DNA from: Guillardia theta CCMP2712
Lineage: Eukaryota; Protista; Cryptophyta
Direction: 5' to 3'
DNA: 64,000 bases
Assembly (NCBI RefSeq): GCF_000315625.1
Contig: NW_005434567.1
Span: 132,465-196,464 of the forward strand
Each line of letters starts with the position of its first letter. The stretch's first letter is position 1. The notes beneath the pieces were generated by a model. It was not told the origin of the DNA, ran no database searches, and worked only from the letters and a program-made list of their open reading frames with translations. The translations under genes and the position numbers were made by a program. Below, one piece after another: positions 55,972 through 64,000 of this stretch.

Positions 55972-58900
55972 TCATCCCTGCGATGGTGTCAATAGAGCAA
56001 CAAGTCTAACGCTGACAGCACCATTACCAACAGAATCAACCTCCAGCAAGGGAAAGAAGCGAAGAGCTCTCGATGATAAGATGCTTCTTTTCAGCACACA
56101 TAAACCAAAACAAGCAAAAATCAACAAACCACCAACAGAGACTCTGATCAAAATGGTATTCAAAAAGAAGGCACAAGTCCCCCCGTTGGGCCCTGTGTAC
56201 CCAGCGTTGCACTTGCAGTCCGTCAGGTTGCTGCTGCCCGCGGCAGAGTAGGCGTGCTCGGGGCAAGCGACGCAGCCGCCGGGGTTACTGCCAAGCTTGT
56301 ACGTCCCTGCCGTGCACTCACTGCAGGGACCCCCGTCAGGGCCCGTCCAGCCGGCGTTGCACTTGCAGTCCGTCACGACCAGCGAGCCCCCAGCTGACCA
56401 TGACCCCGTCGGACAAGCCTGGCACGGGCCCTCCTCGGGCCCGTACCGACCTGCGACGCACGTGCAGTTGTGTATGCTGACTGATCCTTCCATTGACGTC
56501 ACGCCTGTGCTCTCCGTGCTGCACGCGCTGCACCCTGCCGACCCCGTCGAGCTCTTGTACGTGCCTGCTCGGCATGCCGTGCAGGCTCCCCCGTCGGGCC
56601 CTGTGTACCCGGCGTTGCACTTGCAGTCCGTCAGGTTGCTGCTGCCCGCGGCAGAGTAGGCATGCTCGGGGCAAGCGACGCAGCCGCCGGGGTTACTGCC
56701 AAGCTTGTACGTCCCTGCCGTGCACTCACTGCAGGGACCCCCGTCAGGGCCCGTCCAGCCGGCGTTGCACTTGCAGTCCGTCACGACCAGCGAGCCCCCA
56801 GCTGACCATGACCCCGTCGGACAAGCCTGGCACGGGCCCTCCTCGGGCCCGTACCGACCTGCGACGCACCGGCAGTCTGAGGGAGAGGTCGACGCCGGGG
56901 CTGCCGTGTCTGCCTCTGCCGGACACGAGGAGCATTGCCCTGCTCCGAAGGCGCTCTTGTACTTGCCCACGTCGCATGCTTGACACCTGGGCGTGTCCAT
57001 GACAGCGTAGAGGTAGTATCCGTTGTAGGGGCAGGAGTAGTAGTAGGAGCTTGTTGTGATTGAGATGGTGATGGTAGTTCCCACAGTCTTGGTCACGCTG
57101 ATAGGAACGGTTTGAAACCTGGATGGCTGACAGGAGTAGCCGCTGTATCGAAGGTATTGCCCGTAATACGACCCATCCACGTACACGTTGAAGTACTTGG
57201 TGGATCCTGAAAAGCCTGTATGCATCACATCGAAGCTGAAGGTCATGGGGCTGGAGGTGACGAGCATGTCGAAGGAGCATGACGGACTGTAGCTGGATGT
57301 CGACCCGCACACCGGAGCTTGCGTGTATCCCGGCAAGCATCCACAGTCCGCAAGGCTCGTCGACCCCTCTGGCGACGTCACGCCCGTGCTCTCCGTGCTG
57401 CACGCGCTGCACCCTGCCGACCCCGTCGAGCTCTTGTACGTGCCTGCTCGGCATGCCGTGCAGGCTCCCCCGTCGGGCCCTGTGTACCCAGCGTTGCACT
57501 TGCAGTCCGTCAAGTTGCTGCTGCCCGCGGCAGAGTAGGCATGCTCGGGGCAAGCGACGCAGCTCCCGGGGTTACTGCCAAGCTTGTACGTCCCTGCCGT
57601 GCACTCACTGCAGGGACCCCCGTCAGGGCCCGTCCAGCCGGCGTTGCACTTGCAGTCCGTCACGACCAGCGAGCCCCCAGCTGACCATGACCCCGTCGGA
57701 CAAGCCTGGCACGGGCCCTCCTCGGCCCCGTACCGACCTGCGACGCACGTGCAGTTGTGTATGCTGACTGATCCTTCCATTGACGTCACGCCCGCGCTCT
57801 CCGTGCTGCACGCGCTGCACCCTGCCGACCCCGTCGAGCTCTTGTACGTGCCTGCTCGGCATGCCGTGCAGGCTCCCCCGTCGGGCCCTGTGTACCCGGC
57901 GTTGCACTTGCAGTCCGTCAGGTTGCTGCTGCCCGCGGCAGAGTAGGCATGCTCGGGGCAAGCGACGCAGCCGCCGGGGTTACTGCCAAGCTTGTACGTC
58001 CCTGCCGTGCACTCACTGCAGGGACCCCCGTCAGGGCCCGTCCAGCCGGCGTTGCACTTGCAGTCCGTCACGACCAGCGAGCCCCCAGCTGACCATGACC
58101 CCGTCGGACAAGCCTGGCACGGGCCCTCCTCGGGCCCGTACCGACCTGCGACGCACCGGCAGTCTGTGGGAGAGGTCGACGCCGGGGCTGCCGTGTCTGC
58201 CTCTGCCGGACACGAGGTGCATTGCCCTGCTCCGAAGGCGCTCTTGTACTTGCCCACGTCGCATGCTTGACACCTGGGCGTGTCCATGACAGCGTAGAGG
58301 TAGTATCCGTTGTAGGGGCAGGAGTAGTAGTAGGAGCTTGTTGTGATTGAGATGGTGATGGTAGTTCCCACAGTCTTGGTCACGCTGATAGGAACGGTTT
58401 GAAACCTGGATGGCTGACAGGAGTAGCCGCTGTATCGAAGGTATTGCCCGTAATACGACCCATCCACGTACACGTTGAAGTACTTGGTGGATCCTGAAAA
58501 GCCTGTATGCATCACATCGAAGCTGAAGGTCATGGGGCTGGAGGTGACGAGCATGTCGAAGGAGCATGACGGACTGTAGCTGGATGTCGACCCGCACACC
58601 GGAGCTTGCGTGTATCCCGGCGAGCAGCCACAGTCCGCAAGGCTCGTCGACCCCTCTGGCGACGTCACGCCCGTGCTCTCCGTGCTGCACGCGCTGCACC
58701 CTGCCGACCCCGTCGAGCTCTTGTACGTGCCTGCTCGGCATGCCGTGCAGGCTCCCCCGTCGGGCCCTGTGTACCCAGCGTTGCACTTGCAGTCCGTCAG
58801 GTTGCTGCTGCCCGCGGCAGAGTAGGCATGCTCGGGGCAAGCGACGCAGCCGCCGGGGTTACTGCCAAGCTTGTACGTCCCTGCCGTGCACTCACTGCAG

Positions 58901-60519
58901 GGACCCCCGTCAGGGCCCGTCCAGCCGGCGTTGCACTTGCAGTCCGTCACGACCAGCGAGCCCCCAGCTGACCATGACCCCGTCGGACAAGCCTGGCACG
59001 GGCCCTCCTCGGGCCCGTACCGACCTGCGACGCACCGGCAGTCTGTGGGAGAGGTCGACGCCGGGGCTGCCGTGTCTGCCTCTGCCGGACACGAGGAGCA
59101 TTGCCCTGCTCCGAAGGCGCTCTTGTACTTGCCCACGTCGCATGCTTGACACCTGGGCGTGTCCATGACAGCGTAGAGGTAGTATCCGTTGTAGGGGCAG
59201 GAGTAGTAGTAGGAGCTTGTTGTGATTGAGATGGTGATGGTAGTTCCCACAGTCTTGGTCACGCTGATAGGAACGGTTTGAAACCTGGATGGCTGACAGG
59301 AGTAGCCGCTGTATCGAAGGTATTGCCCGTAATACGACCCATCCACGTACACGTTGAAGTACTTGCTGGACCCTGAAAAGCCTGTATGCATCACATCGAA
59401 GCTGAAGGTCATGGGGCTGGAGGTGACGAGCATGTCGAAGGAGCATGACGGACTGTAGCTGGATGTCGACCCGCACACCGGAGCTTGCGTGTATCCCGGC
59501 AAGCATCCACAGTCCGCAAGGCTCGTCGACCCCTCTGGCGACGTCACGCCCGTGCTCTCCGTGCTGCACGCGCTGCACCCTGCCGACCCCGTCGAGCTCT
59601 TGTACGTGCCTGCTCGGCATGCCGTGCAGGCTCCCCCGTCGGGCCCTGTGTACCCGGCGTTGCACTTGCAGTCCGTCAGGTTGCTGCTGCCCGCGGCAGA
59701 GTAGGCATGCTCGGGGCAAGCGACGCAGCTGCCGGGGTTACTGCCAAGCTTGTACGTCCCTGCCGTGCACTCACTGCAGGGACCCCCGTCAGGGCCCGTC
59801 CAGCCGGCGTTGCACTTGCAGTCCGTCACGACCAGCGAGCCCCCAGCTGACCATGACCCCGTCGGACAAGCCTGGCACGGGCCCTCCTCGGGCCCGTACC
59901 GACCTGCGACGCACCGGCAGTCTGTGGGAGAGGTCGACGCCGGGGCTGCCGTGTCTGCCTCTGCCGGACACGAGGTGCATTGCCCTGCTCCGAAGGCGCT
60001 CTTGTACTTGCCCACGTCGCATGCTTGACACCTGGGCGTGTCCATGACAGCGTAGAGGTAGTATCCGTTGTAGGGGCAGTTATTCACGTAGCTGGAAGTT
60101 TGGACTCGTACATGGACTGTTGTTCCCACAGTCTTGGCTACGCTTATGTTCACACGCTCGAACTTTAACTCGTCACAGTCGTATCCTTCGCTCTCGAGGT
60201 ATTTTCCGTAATACGACCCATCCACGTACACTTCAAAGTACTCGGAGGAGTGCGAAAAATCGGTATGCATCACATCGAAGCTGAAGGTCATGGGGCTGGA
60301 GGTGACGAGCATGTCGAAGGAGCATGACGGTGCTGGGAGCTCTTTCGACTTGCAAATCGCATGTGCTCGAGCAACTTCCAAAGCATATCCTGCAGGACAT
60401 GAGCACGTGGTATTGCTCAAACAAGTCATGTTGTTCTGAACAAATGCTTGCGCCTTCAATCTCAGAAGAAGGATTGAGAATGTGACAAGAACTCTAGCTG
60501 AGGACGTCGACTGCTTCAT
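55972..60519 (-). CDS. Large Cys-rich tandem-repeat surface protein (signal peptide, GCC2/GCC3 or TNFR-like repeats, four Tyr/Ser-rich beta modules, C-terminal TM)
   Basis: 1.5-kaa uninterrupted ORF. Hydrophobic leader VLVTFSILLLRLKAQA, repeats of CxCxAGYTGPDGGxCxxCxAGTYK, and TM segment ILIRVSVGGLLIFACFGLCVL. Confidence 0.85.
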   Translation of the reverse strand: MKQSTSSARVLVTFSILLLRLKAQAFVQNNMTCLSNTTCSCPAGYALEVARAHAICKSKELPAPSCSFDMLVTSSPMTFSFDVMHTDFSHSSEYFEVYVDGSYYGKYLESEGYDCDELKFERVNISVAKTVGTTVHVRVQTSSYVNNCPYNGYYLYAVMDTPRCQACDVGKYKSAFGAGQCTSCPAEADTAAPASTSPTDCRCVAGRYGPEEGPCQACPTGSWSAGGSLVVTDCKCNAGWTGPDGGPCSECTAGTYKLGSNPGSCVACPEHAYSAAGSSNLTDCKCNAGYTGPDGGACTACRAGTYKSSTGSAGCSACSTESTGVTSPEGSTSLADCGCLPGYTQAPVCGSTSSYSPSCSFDMLVTSSPMTFSFDVMHTGFSGSSKYFNVYVDGSYYGQYLRYSGYSCQPSRFQTVPISVTKTVGTTITISITTSSYYYSCPYNGYYLYAVMDTPRCQACDVGKYKSAFGAGQCSSCPAEADTAAPASTSPTDCRCVAGRYGPEEGPCQACPTGSWSAGGSLVVTDCKCNAGWTGPDGGPCSECTAGTYKLGSNPGGCVACPEHAYSAAGSSNLTDCKCNAGYTGPDGGACTACRAGTYKSSTGSAGCSACSTESTGVTSPEGSTSLADCGCSPGYTQAPVCGSTSSYSPSCSFDMLVTSSPMTFSFDVMHTGFSGSTKYFNVYVDGSYYGQYLRYSGYSCQPSRFQTVPISVTKTVGTTITISITTSSYYYSCPYNGYYLYAVMDTPRCQACDVGKYKSAFGAGQCTSCPAEADTAAPASTSPTDCRCVAGRYGPEEGPCQACPTGSWSAGGSLVVTDCKCNAGWTGPDGGPCSECTAGTYKLGSNPGGCVACPEHAYSAAGSSNLTDCKCNAGYTGPDGGACTACRAGTYKSSTGSAGCSACSTESAGVTSMEGSVSIHNCTCVAGRYGAEEGPCQACPTGSWSAGGSLVVTDCKCNAGWTGPDGGPCSECTAGTYKLGSNPGSCVACPEHAYSAAGSSNLTDCKCNAGYTGPDGGACTACRAGTYKSSTGSAGCSACSTESTGVTSPEGSTSLADCGCLPGYTQAPVCGSTSSYSPSCSFDMLVTSSPMTFSFDVMHTGFSGSTKYFNVYVDGSYYGQYLRYSGYSCQPSRFQTVPISVTKTVGTTITISITTSSYYYSCPYNGYYLYAVMDTPRCQACDVGKYKSAFGAGQCSSCPAEADTAAPASTSPSDCRCVAGRYGPEEGPCQACPTGSWSAGGSLVVTDCKCNAGWTGPDGGPCSECTAGTYKLGSNPGGCVACPEHAYSAAGSSNLTDCKCNAGYTGPDGGACTACRAGTYKSSTGSAGCSACSTESTGVTSMEGSVSIHNCTCVAGRYGPEEGPCQACPTGSWSAGGSLVVTDCKCNAGWTGPDGGPCSECTAGTYKLGSNPGGCVACPEHAYSAAGSSNLTDCKCNAGYTGPNGGTCAFFLNTILIRVSVGGLLIFACFGLCVLKRSILSSRALRFFPLLEVDSVGNGAVSVRLVALLTPSQG
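56180..60330. repeat. Near-identical intragenic tandem repeats: 879-bp unit plus 408-bp subunit (1287-bp higher-order unit)
   Basis: Shadow-ORF offsets: 59719-58840=879, 58840-57553=1287, 57961-56674=1287. Confidence 0.9.
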
Positions 60520-60978
60520 GACTGAACCTATCAAGTCTCTTGCTCACCACCTATTTGTTGAGCATCCGCTGAGAAAGACAGACAGTCAATCAACGATCGT
60601 CTCCCTCATGCTCCTTGTTTCACCTTCTCTGCTTCAGCCGCCAGTCGCACATGCATGGCTGCAGGCCAGCTGCTCGTCTCGCAGGAAAAAAGCTTTTTAT
60701 ATACATACTAGTGACCAGCTCGTACCTTGCGGTACCAGTCTGAGATAGTGGTACTATGCTTTACTCATTAATAATACCTCCCTCTACCAAGTTATACACA
60801 GTGCTGCAACGACTAGAACAGTTGAACATAAAATGAGTATTACGATGGAGTACTCAGTTTTTCACTTAACTTTCGGAGTAAACTTGCCAAGTTGAGCTAG
60901 AGTCTCCGTCCGATCATGGGCCTGGTTCACAGCCGGGCCGCCCGGCGGCGCCGAGTCGGACTGACTCAGTGCGCCTCA

Positions 60979-61347
60979 GGCCGGACGTTAGCGCAAGGGG
61001 TAAATTTAGGTTGTTTTGCACGGGCATTTAAAATCGCTGTGTACAATAGAACGTGGCATTAGCGGCGTATCGAGGCCCCAAGTTTTTTTTTCACGGTCTC
61101 CATTCAAGTCCAATTTGAACAGGCGGTAACGCTCACAACAGTGCCGCCGCAATCACATGTGGTGAAACGGCGAGGTGGGCTCGGGAAAACATCTTCATCT
61201 GGGGGAAAACAAGGTATTGTTTTCCCCCAGAAATAGCCGTTACGGAATATTATTCAAATTTTCCTAACCGCTAATGCCACGTTTTTGAGAAATTGTGAGG
61301 GAAAACAAATACATTTTATTCTGCACCCCTTGCGCTAACGTCCGGCC
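60979..61347. mobile_element. 369-bp MITE, PIF/Harbinger (Tourist)-like
   Basis: Perfect 23-bp TIR GGCCGGACGTTAGCGCAAGGGGT. TCA is duplicated on both sides (60976-60978, 61348-61350). Internal inverted repeat AACGTGGCATTAGCGG (~61050 and ~61270). AT-rich non-coding interior. Confidence 0.88.
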
Positions 61348-61899
61348 TCACTGAGCCTGAGTCAGTGACGGGCCACATCCGATGCCCGCAATGATGATCA
61401 CCTGATCAAAGCCTCAGGTCCTGAGTGAGACTCTCCGATGCCGCCGCGGCCGCGCAGCCTGGCAGCCTTGAACCCGGACACTCAGAGAATCATGGCACGG
61501 TCCCAACATGGCCCTAAAGATCGGGACTCAGTTTCCGAAGTTCCGGGCCGCCCGGCAACTTGGCAACCGACCGTCGGGTCCAATGCCATGACAGTGATGC
61601 CATGATCCATTACTAGTACGTCATGATCTTGGATTTTGGGCATTTTCTTCCGCCAGTGGGTTGTCTTCAATCGAGAACAAAAGTAGGGTGGCTCCGGGGT
61701 AGTTGTATAAGTACTGTATTCTACATTTGCTGCTCTGGTACAAATTACATGTTTTTAACAATTTCAAATCGATTTCAAAGCCTCTGAAATCGTCAAATCC
61801 CTAGCGCTTGCACGCCGGCACGTCTCCCCATGACCTTGGCACGCAGTACACTGAAAGAGGACCCAGCGTGACGCCATAATGGAAGCGGACGGTACTAGG

Positions 61900-62685
61900 C
61901 TGGACTGGCAAACCGTGGCAGTGCCGCCGCCCGGGCCGCCCGGCATCCGCCGGATAGCGTGGCAGTCCCCCCAAACTGAGGCGCGGCCTTTCTCGACCCG
62001 GGATGATGCCAGGCGCGGCGGCAGGGCCGCCTTGCCCGGCCGCTTCAGGCGCCCGGCCGGAGCACTGAACTTCCGATTGGACCGTCCGAGTCGGGCCGCG
62101 CGGCCGGGGCCCTCCGAGAAAGGCTGCTGAGTGGAACGGCGGGCACCGTGTCAGTCGGCGGGGGGAGCCTCACAGTGACAGGCTCAGCCCTGGCAGGCGG
62201 GGGCCCTCGCCGGGCCTGTTGAAGCCAGTGAGCCTCGGAGACGTCCCTCGGAACCCGGCGACACTCGGCGGTCAAAACTCTCAGGCTTTGACCGGGGGGG
62301 GGGGACAGACTCGCCGGGCGGGCTGGGCCGGGGCCGCCCGCCCGCTCACTGCCGTGCCCCTGACTCTGGCAGTGACTCAGGCCGCCGGACTCCAGTCCTC
62401 AGTCACCTGGCGGCCGGGCGCCGCCGCTGAGTGATACCCGGTACCGTACCGCCGGACAGTCGTCCCGGCGGCGTGTGCCGCGAGTGCCGCATCCGATCCG
62501 ATCGGACTCTGAGGAGCCTCCAAGTACGGTCCGAGTCAAGCCTATTACTACGGAAGCAACTGTCAGCCCGGTGAGGCAGCGGCCGCGGCGGCCCGGCCCG
62601 GCCCCGGCGCGGCGGCCCGGCGGCGTGAACCGTTCACGGTTGAACTTTTAGGTCCGCGGCCGGGCCGGCCTCGGGTTGTCGGGCA
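61900..62685. other. GC-rich, palindrome-dense intergenic island (also 60900-60978 and 61350-61600)
   Basis: Same composition as the other islands, between divergent genes. Confidence 0.7.
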
Positions 62686-62745
62686 GAGAGCAGAGTAAAG
62701 GACTACAACAACAGTACATGGGATAGTGCGAGGAGAAGACGTCGG

Positions 62746-63021
62746 AAGCAGGGGCAGGAGGAGCAAGGACAGCAGGAGCAAGGACAGGAGGAGCAAGGAC
62801 AGCAGGAGCAAGGACAGCAGGAGCAAGGACAGGAGGAGCAAGGACAGGAGGAGCAAGGACAGCAGGAGCAAGGACAGGAGGAGCAAGGACAGCAGGAGCA
62901 AGGACAGCAGGAGCAAGGACAGCAGGAGCAAGGACAGGAGGAGCAAGGACAGGAGGAGCAAGGACAGGAGGAGCAAGGACAGGAGGAGCAGGGACAGGAG
63001 GAGCAGGGGCAGGAGGAGCAG
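62746..63021. repeat. 15-bp tandem repeat, ~18 copies (GGAGCAAGGACAG[C/G]A)
   Basis: Read directly. Two unit variants alternate irregularly. Confidence 0.9.
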
Positions 63022-63041
63022 CTCGCCAACAGCATCTGCTC

Positions 63042-64000
63042 ATGAGGAGCATGAAACCTGTTTGTCGCCTGCTCCTCCTCTCTTCCTGGATCATCCTGCT
63101 CTTTCCCTTGCTGGCTGTGATGGGACAAGAGGGAAGGAGAGTCATTCACCTTGTAGCATACAGGCGTCATGGACGCGCCTTGAATTTGTGGCTGCGCGCC
63201 ATGATAGCCGGCTCGTTGCTGAGGGAAGGAGACGTCCTGGCTGTAAGCAGCGACTCGCCAAGGCTCTTGCTCGAGGTCCTGGAGCAGATGGGTCTGCCGA
63301 AAGAGAGGGTCTTAGTTCAACCTGCTCCTCTGTACGATGAGGAGGAGCTGCAGGTTTGGAGGCATCGAGTGCTGCTATCCCTGGAGGACTCGCTGTTGTC
63401 GACCATTGCGGAGACCCTTGTCATCGTGGACTTGGACGCCATGGCTGCGGATCTGCACAGGATGGACATGGAGGGGGAGGGAGGAGAGGAGGCCAGTCTC
63501 TCTTGCTCGATGGAACATGAAGCGCTCAGTGGTATCGCTGTGACATGCAGGCAGGATCGTCGCCGAATGCTGCAGGACAAAGGAAGGGAGCCGAGGGGGC
63601 AGGAGGGACAGGAGGGGGAGCAAGGGATAGCTGGGGAGAAGATTCAATCGGAGGATAGCCTGGGCTGCATGGTGGACGGGGCGATCGTGGTCGGGCCGAT
63701 CCACCAGGTCCTCGAACTTGTCTGGAGCATTGCGATGGTGGTGGAGGCGCTTGCGCTGCGTCATGCTCGCTTCAGCCGCCGGCTGATGCTGACGATCGTC
63801 AAGAAAGTCGTGCAGGTGCGACGGGGGCAGCTGAGTGCTCTCATGACGGTGAGGAGGGGAGGAGGGGAGGTACAGCTGTGCTTCCACAGCCTCGGACGGG
63901 AAGTAGCAGGCACGAGGAAGGAGGGGGAGGGAGAGTCCCGTCCGCTGCTTGCGTCACTTCAAAGATCTCTCTCCTCTTTCGTCTCGTTGGACCGACAAGG
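63042..64000 (+). CDS. Secreted hypothetical protein, open to the window end
   Basis: The frame MRSMKPVCRLLLLSSWIILLFPLLAVMG-QEGRRVIHLVAYRR... has a signal-peptide-like start and no stop before 64000, which is why it is absent from the ORF track. Confidence 0.6.
   Translation, partial: MRSMKPVCRLLLLSSWIILLFPLLAVMGQEGRRVIHLVAYRRHGRALNLWLRAMIAGSLLREGDVLAVSSDSPRLLLEVLEQMGLPKERVLVQPAPLYDEEELQVWRHRVLLSLEDSLLSTIAETLVIVDLDAMAADLHRMDMEGEGGEEASLSCSMEHEALSGIAVTCRQDRRRMLQDKGREPRGQEGQEGEQGIAGEKIQSEDSLGCMVDGAIVVGPIHQVLELVWSIAMVVEALALRHARFSRRLMLTIVKKVVQVRRGQLSALMTVRRGGGEVQLCFHSLGREVAGTRKEGEGESRPLLASLQRSLSSFVSLDRQ

Noticed and set aside
56036-60047. Repeated 112-269-aa ORFs on both strands
   Set aside because: Shadow frames of the tandem-repeat surface-protein gene.
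56180-60330. Possible diversity-generating retroelement (template/variable repeat pair)
   Set aside because: Differences between modules are not adenine-specific, and there is no reverse transcriptase in the window.
62563-63340. Repetitive ORFs (SKDRR, LLLSL, CPCSS, VLAPP)
   Set aside because: All are frames of the 15-bp minisatellite. The credible CDS starts at 63042/63051 in another frame.

Overview
Eukaryotic nuclear DNA with short GT-AG introns, many microsatellite or low-complexity introns, and five N gaps. It is most likely from a cryptophyte alga. This is an inference from the expanded RWP-RK genes and a starch synthase carrying a signal peptide plus an LRGG-type presequence. Genes in order: SPCS2 (-); a cluster of four RWP-RK transcription-factor genes interrupted by a MULE transposon with a 10-bp TSD; a MIT/calpain-7-like gene lacking all three catalytic residues; a class II-like eIF4E lacking the cap-binding Trp; four members of an unrecognised small membrane-anchored protein family; a GT5 starch synthase; a multi-exon pepsin-family (A1) aspartic protease; a SET (LSMT-like) gene; a PDZ-like gene; a 1.5-kaa Cys-rich tandem-repeat surface protein; a Harbinger-type MITE; and a secreted protein running off the end. 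Two things stand out. (1) The aspartic protease appears circularly permuted: the canonical N-terminal strand and first DTG motif are encoded after the canonical C-terminus. (2) The upstream regions of most genes are GC-rich islands dense in short palindromes, flanked by GGGTA/TACCC-rich DNA. They carry a shared ~70-bp motif broken up by different short insertions in each copy, and both transposons sit in such regions. All exon models were read by eye and need RNA-seq confirmation.
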